In this document: one piece after another, positions 21,074 to 30,359 of the stretch | How the letters are laid out: each line of letters opens with the position of its first letter | How positions within the stretch are numbered: the first letter of the stretch is position 1 | NCBI GenBank assembly: GCA_019057795.1 | Contig: JAHLWS010000026.1 | Coordinates: 1-64,000 of the forward strand | DNA from: Promethearchaeota archaeon | GTDB taxonomy: Archaea; Asgardarchaeota; Lokiarchaeia; Sigyniarchaeales; SOKP01 | DNA length: 64,000 bases | Direction: 5' to 3' | Notes under the pieces: model-generated | Told to the model about the DNA's origin: nothing | The model's input: the letters and a program-made list of their open reading frames with translations, nothing else | The model's database searches: none | Program-made: the position numbers and the translations under genes

Positions 21074-21757
21074 ATGAAAATTGTTGTATTTGCGCCACAC
21101 CCCGATGATGAGATTTATGGATGCGGTGGAAGTATTTTAAAATGGATGGAAGAGGGCCATGATGTCCATATAGTATATGTTACCGACAATCGCGTTTTAA
21201 TTACATGGGGCAAAGAACACGATCAATTGCTAGAAGAAGAAGCGAAAGATTATATTAATCTGAGCGAAGACGAAATTGGAAAGATAGGGTTAAGTGAAGC
21301 CGAAGAAGTAGCTAAAGCTTTTGGTTTTCCCAATAGTAATGTTCACCTTTTTAAAATTCACGATCAAGACGCAATCAATCAAATAGACAAAGGAGTAGGG
21401 CTTTCTAAGGAAATTATAAAAGATGCCGACAGAATTGTTTTGCCGAGCGATAATAATAACCATTCAGATCATCAAGCAACTCACAATATAGCTAAGACCG
21501 CCGCAATGGAGCTCAACTTAAAGGATATGGAATTTTATGTCTACGCGATATATAACATAATGAAGGCTCCAATGGAAAAACAAGTAAAAATTCGTATGGC
21601 AGAATATCGGGATAAAGTTTACAACATCATGTCGTTATATAAAACCCAATTAGCTCTTAAAGATACAAGGTTGGGTTGGATTACGTTAAAAAGAAAAAGG
21701 TCCGAAAGGTTTGGAGTTTTTTCTTTGAGAGATGTTGGAAACTTTTACAATTTTTAG
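21074..21757 (+). CDS. PIG-L/LmbE family deacetylase
   Basis: APHPDDE and HSDH motifs. Confidence 0.88.
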   Translation: MKIVVFAPHPDDEIYGCGGSILKWMEEGHDVHIVYVTDNRVLITWGKEHDQLLEEEAKDYINLSEDEIGKIGLSEAEEVAKAFGFPNSNVHLFKIHDQDAINQIDKGVGLSKEIIKDADRIVLPSDNNNHSDHQATHNIAKTAAMELNLKDMEFYVYAIYNIMKAPMEKQVKIRMAEYRDKVYNIMSLYKTQLALKDTRLGWITLKRKRSERFGVFSLRDVGNFYNF

Positions 21758-21776
21758 TTTTTAGTAAAAGTGTCTC

Positions 21777-22472
21777 TTATCTTAATTCGGTTCCGCAGTT
21801 TCCACAAATTTTGGTGTTAGATGGTGAGATAGTACCACACGTAAAACATACGATTTGTTTGTCATCTTTTGGTTGTTCTAGTTCAATATGTTGCTGAGGC
21901 TGAGAATTTTGCTTGTCGTGTTTAAAAATACTCATATCAATGTCTTGTTTTAAAATTTTCTCTACGTAATCCTTGTCGTGTGGGGTAACAATTTCAAACT
22001 CTTGAGAAGCTTCGATTTCTTTAAATCCTTTTGGTAAATTTTTAAATTCACTATCTTCTACGATTTTAGTTTCCTTGTCCTTCTTGGGGATCTCCTTATA
22101 GTTTATTTCCTTAGAGGTACTTGTAGCCTTAGGAGATTTTTGTTCCATTTCTTTATAAATAATTTCTTCAAAAGAGTCGCTCTCATGAATAAGTTCCTCA
22201 TCAAATACATCATCAATAAGTGATGAACTTGGTTCAATACTTTTTTGTATTTTTGCTTTTAACTCTTTGATGTGTTCAATAATTTGCTGAGCCTTTTTAA
22301 TTATCATTGATCTGTAAGAGAAATCTAATTTAGGTGTTTTTGAAGCATTGAGTGCCATTTCAGAAATTTCTACCCAAGAATCTATAGCGTCTTGAATTCT
22401 ATTGTTTTTTTCGTAAGCATTCGCTTTAGCAACTTTTTCCGCTAGGTTTTTATTAAATTTTGTAATATCCAT
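21777..22472 (-). CDS. MIT-like domain protein with acidic linker and C-terminal zinc ribbon
   Basis: N-terminal three-helix pattern (A..A..YE....DAI..W); CFTC/CGNC. Confidence 0.6.
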   Translation of the reverse strand: MDITKFNKNLAEKVAKANAYEKNNRIQDAIDSWVEISEMALNASKTPKLDFSYRSMIIKKAQQIIEHIKELKAKIQKSIEPSSSLIDDVFDEELIHESDSFEEIIYKEMEQKSPKATSTSKEINYKEIPKKDKETKIVEDSEFKNLPKGFKEIEASQEFEIVTPHDKDYVEKILKQDIDMSIFKHDKQNSQPQQHIELEQPKDDKQIVCFTCGTISPSNTKICGNCGTELR

Positions 22473-22614
22473 TATAAAAACTACTTAAATTTTAATTAAT
22501 TCTCAAGATTATCAAGTAAATTTAACTATATATAATTGTTAATATGTTATGTAAAAATTAATAATAGAGTTTTTTCTTAGTTTATTAAAAGAAAATACTT
22601 TTTTATTGTAATTT

Positions 22615-24504
22615 ATGTCAATAAGACCCTTTTCTTCTAGTGAGTTAAACAATTTAAGAGAAGTAATTGAACGAAATGGTTGGAAAATAGATGGAACTAT
22701 TGAAAATTATTTCAGGTATAGCGTTAAAAAGGATAAATTAATACTATTTACAATAAAATTTCCAGTTTCGCTGCCTTTAAGGTTAAATTTTCCGCTTGAA
22801 GTAGTTAGTTTTCGCATTTGCATGGCTTTTAAATTATGGGATTTTAATCAAAATACTTATAAGGTTATTCTTTCTTTAATGAAAATGCTCCGAGATTTAG
22901 CCCTTCAAGTTACTTTAGAACATGCTTTTCCCATCAAAGGTAAGGAGAACGACTTACTTGATATATTAAATCTGCTAATGCCTGAACCAATAACCGACGA
23001 GATCGATAGTACGTGGTTAAATCGTATACGCATATCTTTAATGAATAAACGCGATAAGTTCCAACAATTTACCGGAGAGCATATAAATAAAATAGTAGAA
23101 GCTTTGAAAAACACTAGATTGAAACCTACATTTAAACTTCCGTGGGAATTAAGAGATGGAGTTCCTAAACTTCGAGCTTCTGAAACGTTATTTTTTTCAA
23201 ATGAAGAAAAATTTGATGAGTTTTTCATATTAGAAAAGGGCTTTTTCACGTTTTTTAAAGATTTAGAATATCATAAATTTTTTATCAGATCTTCTTTCGA
23301 TTGCTATTCTCCGTATATTTTAAGTTCTTTGTTTAATGATACTGAGTTTAAGCTAGAAATGTATGTTGAAAATTGGATTAAGTTTTCCAGAATGATGTTG
23401 AATTCTATAATAGAAATAATAACTCTAGCAGAAATTAATCAAAATGACTATATAAAATTTAAACCTGAAAGAGAATTAGAGTCAAAAGGATTTGAGTTAG
23501 AAAAAAATAACTTTCCATTTTCAGCATTACATTACGAAAGCACATTATCAAAAGGAGAATTATATCAGATTCACAACGACCTATTTAATTCACCACCTAC
23601 TAATTTTGAAATGATTGAATCAATTAATTCCTATACAGAAGCAGAAAAGTTAATAAAGAATTATAGGTTTGATGAGGCTACTCAATTGTTAAATAACTCT
23701 TTAAAAATTTTCAATAAAAACCGTCAAAAGAAAATAGTAGTCTCAATATTATTAAAATTAAGAAAAATAGCCTCATTACTAAACCAAGATGAGGTTGCGC
23801 TCAATTATTTACAAAGTGCGATGGGAGTTGCTAAATCTGGAGAGGTAACAATAGAATTTATTATAAAAATACAATATTATTTAGGTAAGTGGTTTTATAA
23901 AACTGAAAAATTTGATGAAGCCTTGTCTCACTTTAATATTATTGTCAATTTCTTGGAAAAAGAAGAAACTATTACTGATAAAGATGAATTCCTTGGTATG
24001 GCTTACTTATACTTGGGATTAATTAATTTGAAGCAGAATAAATTAACTCAGTCTAAAAATAATTTCAAGAAAGCTTTTCAATTAGGAAACAGTTCGATTA
24101 AAGTAAAGTTAAACTATCATCTCAAGCGAGCCAAATACTATAAATCGAAAGATAATTTATCCCAAGCTCAAAAATCGTTACGATCTGGCATAGAGGTAGT
24201 CGGTTTAGATTATGATGAGATGAAAAACGCTCCCATTTTATTTGATTTAGTTTTAGAATTAGCCGAGTTCTATATTCATCACAGGGTAGATTCAAAAAAA
24301 TCGCTTTATTTAATGAAAAAAATCGAAAAGCGACTTTATCTTAACTTAAAAGAAATTTCAGGAATCCGTAGAGCAATTCGATGGAATTTGCTAATGTGTG
24401 ATTATTATGATATACTAGCTAATGATAGTAATAACTCAACCCACTATTATAAACAAAGCCAAATTTTAATTAACCAATTAAAGAAGATTGGAGTGTTAGG
24501 TTAA
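22615..24504 (+). CDS. TPR-containing protein
   Basis: C-terminal TPR-like helices (AYLYLGLI, FKKAFQL). Confidence 0.65.
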   Translation: MSIRPFSSSELNNLREVIERNGWKIDGTIENYFRYSVKKDKLILFTIKFPVSLPLRLNFPLEVVSFRICMAFKLWDFNQNTYKVILSLMKMLRDLALQVTLEHAFPIKGKENDLLDILNLLMPEPITDEIDSTWLNRIRISLMNKRDKFQQFTGEHINKIVEALKNTRLKPTFKLPWELRDGVPKLRASETLFFSNEEKFDEFFILEKGFFTFFKDLEYHKFFIRSSFDCYSPYILSSLFNDTEFKLEMYVENWIKFSRMMLNSIIEIITLAEINQNDYIKFKPERELESKGFELEKNNFPFSALHYESTLSKGELYQIHNDLFNSPPTNFEMIESINSYTEAEKLIKNYRFDEATQLLNNSLKIFNKNRQKKIVVSILLKLRKIASLLNQDEVALNYLQSAMGVAKSGEVTIEFIIKIQYYLGKWFYKTEKFDEALSHFNIIVNFLEKEETITDKDEFLGMAYLYLGLINLKQNKLTQSKNNFKKAFQLGNSSIKVKLNYHLKRAKYYKSKDNLSQAQKSLRSGIEVVGLDYDEMKNAPILFDLVLELAEFYIHHRVDSKKSLYLMKKIEKRLYLNLKEISGIRRAIRWNLLMCDYYDILANDSNNSTHYYKQSQILINQLKKIGVLG

Positions 24505-24523
24505 AACTATTAAAAACATAGAT

Positions 24524-24727
24524 TTAACGTTTGTAGGATGCTCGTTTAGCACCAATAGATTCACGCTGTCCAGCGTATTCCCCTTTCTCAACTCTCTGTA
24601 TATAAAGATCGCGATATCTCATTCTTGGAGGCTTTTTCTTCCTTGAGTTTACTCCAGTTCTTCGTATTTTTGGTGTTTGTTGTTTAACCTTTCCAGCTTT
24701 TGTTAAACTACCGTGACTTCCTGGCAT
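24524..24727 (-). CDS. rps30e: Small subunit ribosomal protein eS30
   Basis: HGSLTKAGKVKQQTPK. Confidence 0.95.
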   Translation of the reverse strand: MPGSHGSLTKAGKVKQQTPKIRRTGVNSRKKKPPRMRYRDLYIQRVEKGEYAGQRESIGAKRASYKR

Positions 24728-24946
24728 TTTTCATAAATCTCCTTATAGTTATTTTTTTACTTAATTAATTTTATTAAAGGCGTTCCGTATTATTTTAAAG
24801 TCGTTTAAAGCACTTAAATTTTGTTATTATCATGAATTTATTAGTACTGAAAAAATAAAAATTGGACTCCATTTTTTTTATAGATTTGGTCTAAATTATA
24901 TTAATTGAAGATCATGAAATAATTATTGTATTAATTTGAGCTTATT

Positions 24947-25129
24947 ATGTCAAAAATTAATATTACAGATAAAGCAAGAAAAACCGCAAGAGTTAAAGAT
25001 AATAAAATCCAATATGGGGAAAGCAAAAATATGTGTTTTGCATGCGGAGAAAAAATTGATAGCAATACTAAGATTTGTCCCTATTGCAAAACAAAACAAG
25101 ATGAAAAAGAATCAATATTAAAACAATGA
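24947..25129 (+). CDS. Small zinc-ribbon protein
   Basis: CFAC...CPYC. Confidence 0.65.
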   Translation: MSKINITDKARKTARVKDNKIQYGESKNMCFACGEKIDSNTKICPYCKTKQDEKESILKQ

Positions 25130-25180
25130 ATTCTTTAAAACATTAGAAAATATTTCAAAGTACAATTAGAGTAATCTCAA

Positions 25181-25675
25181 ATGAGCTTTCAACAATCCAA
25201 ACGTAAAAAAATCTCCGTATTGAGTGGTTTAGTTACTTTTTTAGTAGTCGGTTTTTTAATAATCGCAATCTTTTTCATTGGAATTAGTATTTTGATACTT
25301 GTCGTAATTCCCGTAATAATATTAGTTATAATAGGTATTGTTGTCTATCGTTATTCGGGAGAATCAAAAAAGTATTGTCCGCGTTGCAACCTTCCAACTA
25401 GCGTTTACACAGAATATTGTCGCAATTGTGGCTTGAAATTAATAAGTAAATGTCCAAATTGCAATATTTATATGCCCAGAAACAATAAATATTGCGATAT
25501 TTGCGGTTATGAATTCCCAGCAATAAAAGAAGATAAAATAATCCCTGAATATGAAGTCTTTCAAAAGGGCGCTCCCACTCCAAAAAAGCCAAATTTTTGC
25601 CCTACTTGCGGGGCGTCTATGAAAGATGCTAAAAATCTTAGATTTTGCGAATTCTGTGGTTCGAAAATTGTCTAA
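25181..25675 (+). CDS. Membrane-anchored multi-zinc-ribbon (DZR) protein
   Basis: Two TM helices followed by six CxxC motifs. Confidence 0.75.
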   Translation: MSFQQSKRKKISVLSGLVTFLVVGFLIIAIFFIGISILILVVIPVIILVIIGIVVYRYSGESKKYCPRCNLPTSVYTEYCRNCGLKLISKCPNCNIYMPRNNKYCDICGYEFPAIKEDKIIPEYEVFQKGAPTPKKPNFCPTCGASMKDAKNLRFCEFCGSKIV

Positions 25676-26257
25676 TTAGGACTTTCTACTCTTTTTTTTT
25701 AAATATATAACGAAGAAAGTATAGCCTATGTTAAGCAAGGTATTAACACTCCAATTTAAAATAAATGTCAACAGTGGAGCCCCATAATATGCCAATTTTA
25801 AAAAATATACCGTAAAGAGCCAAACAGTAAAAAAAATAGTATAATAAATTATATAATATGGTATTAAATTATCCCGTTTCTTCCATGTGATATAAAACGC
25901 AATTATTAATGGAAAGATATGGATATAATCGTAATAAAGTCCCAATACGCTAAATTCCAATACAATTATTAAGCTTAAAGGAAAAATCGAATAAAGGATA
26001 AAGTGATTTATGTATTTATTATCACGACGCAAAAACCATACGATAGATAACGAAAAATACCATAGACTTATCGTAAAGAACACTAAATTAGTTCCAGGAT
26101 CGCCATGTTTTACGTCATAACCGCTTTCATACGCATCCAATGGTTGCCATGATAAGGGGATAACGAATTGAAATAATAAAGATATAAGTAAAGCAACGGC
26201 CAGTTGAATAATCGTTATATATCTAATATTTAAATCTCCTAATTTCTTAAGGGTCAA
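25676..26257 (-). CDS. Integral membrane hypothetical protein
   Basis: ~6 hydrophobic segments. Confidence 0.6.
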   Translation of the reverse strand: MTLKKLGDLNIRYITIIQLAVALLISLLFQFVIPLSWQPLDAYESGYDVKHGDPGTNLVFFTISLWYFSLSIVWFLRRDNKYINHFILYSIFPLSLIIVLEFSVLGLYYDYIHIFPLIIAFYITWKKRDNLIPYYIIYYTIFFTVWLFTVYFLKLAYYGAPLLTFILNWSVNTLLNIGYTFFVIYLKKKSRKS

Positions 26258-26340
26258 ATTTTTTTCACTTCAAAACATTTTAACATTTCATAAAACTGAA
26301 ATATTATGAGTAATTAGTAAAATTAAAAATTTGTAGTTAT

Positions 26341-26350
26341 TTAATATAAA
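26341..26350 (+). promoter_or_regulatory. TATA-like box upstream of tRNA-Trp
   Basis: TTAATATAAA about 35 nt upstream of the tRNA 5' end. Confidence 0.45.
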
Positions 26351-26384
26351 TTATTTTACGCCACGACTTGTTTTCCTAAATCAT

Positions 26385-26488
26385 GGGGGCGTGGCGAAGC
26401 TCGGTATAACTTTGCCCTTTCGGTGCATAGTGCTAAACGCGGCAGGCTCCAGACTTGTTGGTCACCGGTTCAAATCCGGTCGCTCCCA
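26385..26488 (+). tRNA. tRNA-Trp(CCA) with 28-nt D-arm intron (26409-26436)
   Basis: Acceptor GGGGGCG/CGCTCCC; anticodon arm GCAGG-CTCCAGA-CTTGT (CCA 26449-26451); T-arm ACCGG-TTCAAAT-CCGGT; BHB motif GGTA-TAA/TGCT-AAA. Confidence 0.92.
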
Positions 26489-26546
26489 CTTACTTCATGT
26501 ATTAAGAATTATCCCCGTTTTCTTTAATTTTAGAAAAATAGATAAT

Positions 26547-27170
26547 CTACCATTGAGAAAAATCCTTTTCTTTAGAATAATCACGTAATAATGGCTTACC
26601 CGTTAATAATGTTAAATACCGTATCTTTGCAGATTGTTCTGCTCCAGTAACATATTGTAAAGCATCGTCTAAGGTCATACCCTTAGCAAAAATACCATGG
26701 CCCCGTACAATGACAAATGGATAATTCTTTAGTACTTTTGGAACCTCTATCGAAGTGTAATATGCGCCAGCTGGAATTTCAACATCAATAATTGGGATTT
26801 TCTTATATAGAGCAAATCCTTCTGCGTCTATACATGTTATTTCATCCTCGATTAACGATAAAGCGACGCAATAAGGATTATGGGCATGAATTACCGCCAT
26901 AGCATCTGTTTCTAAATAGATTGCTCTGTGAACTCCAAGTTCAGTACTGGCGATAAGTGAACTTGAATCCTCTTCCTTTAAATCACACACAACTAAATCT
27001 TCTAGTTCTAAATCTCCAAGCATAGCAGATCTTCTTTTAATAATAATCTTCCCTCCACTTCGAATGGAGATATTTCCTGAATGAGATGTGTTGTAACCAT
27101 GCCTAACTAAATGCTTTCCAACTTTTTTAAATATTTTATAAATTGATTCTTCAATAACCATAAATTTCAA
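26547..27170 (-). CDS. Class II aldolase (FucA/RhaD family), putative rhamnulose-1-phosphate aldolase
   Basis: SGNIS, ASTELGVH, HAH, RGHG; last gene of the rhaA operon. Confidence 0.8.
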   Translation of the reverse strand: MKFMVIEESIYKIFKKVGKHLVRHGYNTSHSGNISIRSGGKIIIKRRSAMLGDLELEDLVVCDLKEEDSSSLIASTELGVHRAIYLETDAMAVIHAHNPYCVALSLIEDEITCIDAEGFALYKKIPIIDVEIPAGAYYTSIEVPKVLKNYPFVIVRGHGIFAKGMTLDDALQYVTGAEQSAKIRYLTLLTGKPLLRDYSKEKDFSQW

Positions 27171-27177
27171 CCGTTTT

Positions 27178-28971
27178 TTAAAAATTAAGTCTAATATTAA
27201 GCTTTTCTAATAATTCTGATTTAGGAATTCCTTTTTCATCCCAACCTCTAACATAATAGTATTGTTCTAGCATTGTTTCTAATGGAACAACATGTCCTTT
27301 TGAAGCACCATCTTTTAAAGGTTCACTGAGAAATCTTGGTGGTAAAGTATCATCCTTTTTCCCTAAACCTTCTTGAACATTAAAAATTTTTTCTAAATTA
27401 TATATCCTTTCCCCGATCTCAAGAAGTTTTATAACATCATAATTAATTCCCGTAATAGCTTTTAAAAACCGAGCATAGTAATCAAGTCCTAATGCCCAAC
27501 CTGCGAAAGCGCATATAACCAAACTATCTTCAATTGCTTTCTGATTTTGTTTTAGAACAAGTAAATCAGGTTTACCTGCCGTTGTAAACCTATCTATTTT
27601 TTTTGGAGCAGCAAATATTTCCAGTGAAGCCATGTATCCCGTAAGATGACATCCTCCTCTATTTGAAGTAGCATATCCTAAAGCATGACCAATAGCCCCT
27701 CTTGGATCATAAGCAGGGAGCTCTAATCCTTTTACGTGTATAGCAGTTTCTTCGCTATTATATTTATTAGCGAATAATCTAGATCCCTCACCAATGTGGA
27801 CCCCAATACCCTCTTTATTAGCAATTTTTTCTACTATTTTTTTTAATGAACTAGTATTCCCAAATTTTAGCGAAGGATCATTTAACAGCCCTTTTTCATA
27901 TAACTCCATCCCACAGGAGATACTAACACCACAAGAAATTGTATCAATTCCATATAAATTGCATAAATAATTTGCTTGAGTTACCGTGATTAAGTCATAT
28001 ATACCAAGATTTGGACCAAGAGCCCAAACAGATTCATACTCCGGACCTTTACCTTTCATGTTCCCTGCTTTTGTTAATCTTCCACATCTAATAGGACAAG
28101 CATAACAACCTTCTCGCTCTTGAGTTAACTTTTTATTTATTTCTTCTCCACTTACAAGGGTCGCTCTCTCATCAAATCCCTTTTGAAAATTATTAATAGG
28201 AAGCATACCCATTATATTTATCACATTAACCAAGGCGGAAGTACCAAATTTTGGTAAAGAAGACCGTGTAATAGGTACAACTTTTATTTTGTCCTGAGCG
28301 ACTTTTACATATTTCTTTAAAAGTATTGGGTTATGAACATCAACTTTTATACTTCCTCCCTTTACAACAATAGCCTTAAGGTTTTTAGAACCCATAACTG
28401 CCCCCACTCCACCTCTTCCAAACGCTCTAGTTGCATCATTCATTATTGAAGCAATCTTGACTAAATTTTCACCAGCTGGACCTATCATTAAAACATTTAT
28501 TTTTTTCCCTTCTATTTCCTTCAATTGATTAAGGCTATCTTCTGTGTTAAGCCCCCATAATTTTGAAGCTTCTTTTATTATAGGTTCTTTTCCCCCTTCA
28601 ATCAAAATATAAGCGGGTTCTTTTAGAGTCCCTCCAACTAAAATTCCATCATATCCACATTTTTTCATAAAAACTCCAAAGGCTCCACCAGAATTCGAAT
28701 AAAAAATGCCATTTGTAAGTGGTGACTTAGTAACTAACGAAAAACGCCCATTTGTTGGCACAATAGTTCCACCATATGGTCCTGTTGAAAAAATCAGTAG
28801 ATTTTTTGGATCTAAGGGATCTATGTTTGTTGGAAGCTTTTCTGATAATAATTTTACTCCTAAACCTCTTCCACCTATATAATCTTCTAAAATTTTTTCA
28901 GGGATAGGAACTTTACTAAACTTCTCGTGATTTAAATCTACTTCAAGAAATTTGTTATTTAACCCTTTCAT
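27178..28971 (-). CDS. aor: Tungsten aldehyde:ferredoxin oxidoreductase family
   Basis: GGRGLG, KSPLT, GRGGVGAVMGSKNLKA, CYACPIRC, EYE, DPRG, RGGCH. Confidence 0.9.
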   Translation of the reverse strand: MKGLNNKFLEVDLNHEKFSKVPIPEKILEDYIGGRGLGVKLLSEKLPTNIDPLDPKNLLIFSTGPYGGTIVPTNGRFSLVTKSPLTNGIFYSNSGGAFGVFMKKCGYDGILVGGTLKEPAYILIEGGKEPIIKEASKLWGLNTEDSLNQLKEIEGKKINVLMIGPAGENLVKIASIMNDATRAFGRGGVGAVMGSKNLKAIVVKGGSIKVDVHNPILLKKYVKVAQDKIKVVPITRSSLPKFGTSALVNVINIMGMLPINNFQKGFDERATLVSGEEINKKLTQEREGCYACPIRCGRLTKAGNMKGKGPEYESVWALGPNLGIYDLITVTQANYLCNLYGIDTISCGVSISCGMELYEKGLLNDPSLKFGNTSSLKKIVEKIANKEGIGVHIGEGSRLFANKYNSEETAIHVKGLELPAYDPRGAIGHALGYATSNRGGCHLTGYMASLEIFAAPKKIDRFTTAGKPDLLVLKQNQKAIEDSLVICAFAGWALGLDYYARFLKAITGINYDVIKLLEIGERIYNLEKIFNVQEGLGKKDDTLPPRFLSEPLKDGASKGHVVPLETMLEQYYYVRGWDEKGIPKSELLEKLNIRLNF

Positions 28972-28973
28972 TA

Positions 28974-30242
28974 TTATGTCCTATTCATCAAAGTTTCACG
29001 TTCATATTCTTCTACGCTTTTAATCCAATCTTTTCCAATTGGTACATTATGTTTGTAACAATAATAATCCCAAACTGCGCCAAATGGAAGAGTTTTAAGT
29101 TCTTCTAGAAGTGCTAATCTTTGGAAATATTTGCCATTAACTTCATATTCCTTTAAAACTTCCCAAGGTTGGAGCAAGGCGTATAGAATACTTTTTAATG
29201 TAGATCTTGCACCTATAACCCATGCTGCTATCCGATTGATGGATGCATCAAAGTAGTCTAATCCTATAAAAATTTTATCTAATGCTTTACTTCGGATTAT
29301 TTCCTCAGCAATTTGAATTATATCATCGTTTAGGATAACTACATGATCTGAATCCCACCTTAAACCTCTACTAATATGGAGTAATATTCCCTTAACAAAA
29401 GGTAAAATTGCTGAAATTTTATCAGCAATAGATTCAGTTGGGTGAAAATGGCCAGAATCAAGAGTTAACATAAGATTGTTTTTTACGGCATAACTTAAAT
29501 AAAAATCATGGCTTCCTACTACAAAAGCCTCGCTTCCAATACCAAACAATTTTCCTTCTAATGAGTCTTGAATATATTTTGGATCTAGTTCTTGTTCGAA
29601 AATTTTATCTAAAGATTCTTTTAATAATTCTCTATGTCCAGTACGGTCTACGGGTATATCTTTTGAACCATCGGGAATCCAAATGTTATTAATCACGATA
29701 TCATTCAATTGCTTTCCAATTTCAGCACATATTTTGCGGCATTTCTGTATGTGCTCAATCCAAAAGTGACGAATTTCTGAGGATTTGCTGCTTAGAGTAA
29801 ATCCCGAATCCGCTTTAGGATGAGAAAACAAAGTAGGATTAAAATCTAATCCCAATTTCTCCCTTTTTGCCCAGTCTATCCAAGGTTGGAAATGTTCTAA
29901 TTTGATCTCATTTCTATCTACATGTTTTCCCTTGAAATCTCCATATATGGCGTGTAAACTGACACGGTGACTACTTGGAATTAGAGAATTTGCTTTAGTA
30001 AGGTCCATTTGAAGTTCTGTAATTGTTCTTGCCTTACCGGGATAATTTCCCGTTGCCATAATGCCCCCTCCCGTTAGCTCAGAATCTGGGCTTTCAAATC
30101 CTCCAACATCATCTCCTTGCCAACAGTGAATTGAAAGGGTGATACAATCTAAATCCTTGAGAATTTGATGAGTATCGATACCAAGCTCTGAATATCTCTC
30201 TTTCGCAAGTTCATAGGATTCTATAATTTTTTTTGGAATCAT
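28974..30242 (-). CDS. rhaA: L-rhamnose isomerase
   Basis: SIHCWQGDDVGGFE, TGNYPGKAR, WIPDGSKD, KLFGIGSE, GHFHPTE, RWDSDHV. Confidence 0.96.
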   Translation of the reverse strand: MIPKKIIESYELAKERYSELGIDTHQILKDLDCITLSIHCWQGDDVGGFESPDSELTGGGIMATGNYPGKARTITELQMDLTKANSLIPSSHRVSLHAIYGDFKGKHVDRNEIKLEHFQPWIDWAKREKLGLDFNPTLFSHPKADSGFTLSSKSSEIRHFWIEHIQKCRKICAEIGKQLNDIVINNIWIPDGSKDIPVDRTGHRELLKESLDKIFEQELDPKYIQDSLEGKLFGIGSEAFVVGSHDFYLSYAVKNNLMLTLDSGHFHPTESIADKISAILPFVKGILLHISRGLRWDSDHVVILNDDIIQIAEEIIRSKALDKIFIGLDYFDASINRIAAWVIGARSTLKSILYALLQPWEVLKEYEVNGKYFQRLALLEELKTLPFGAVWDYYCYKHNVPIGKDWIKSVEEYERETLMNRT

Positions 30243-30359
30243 ATTTTGGACTTAAATTTTTAAATTATATATAATGTTAAAAATTGATATATCTTGTCTT
30301 TTTTTTATTTATCAATTTAATAAAATTTAAAATAAAGAAACATTAATTGAAAGTAAATT

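Noticed and set aside
26359-26396. CGCCACG upstream of the tRNA, complementary to its 5' part
   Set aside because: Only 7 bp and probably upstream of the transcription start; may be chance.
26391-26588. 65-aa ORF
   Set aside because: Overlaps the tRNA-Trp gene.
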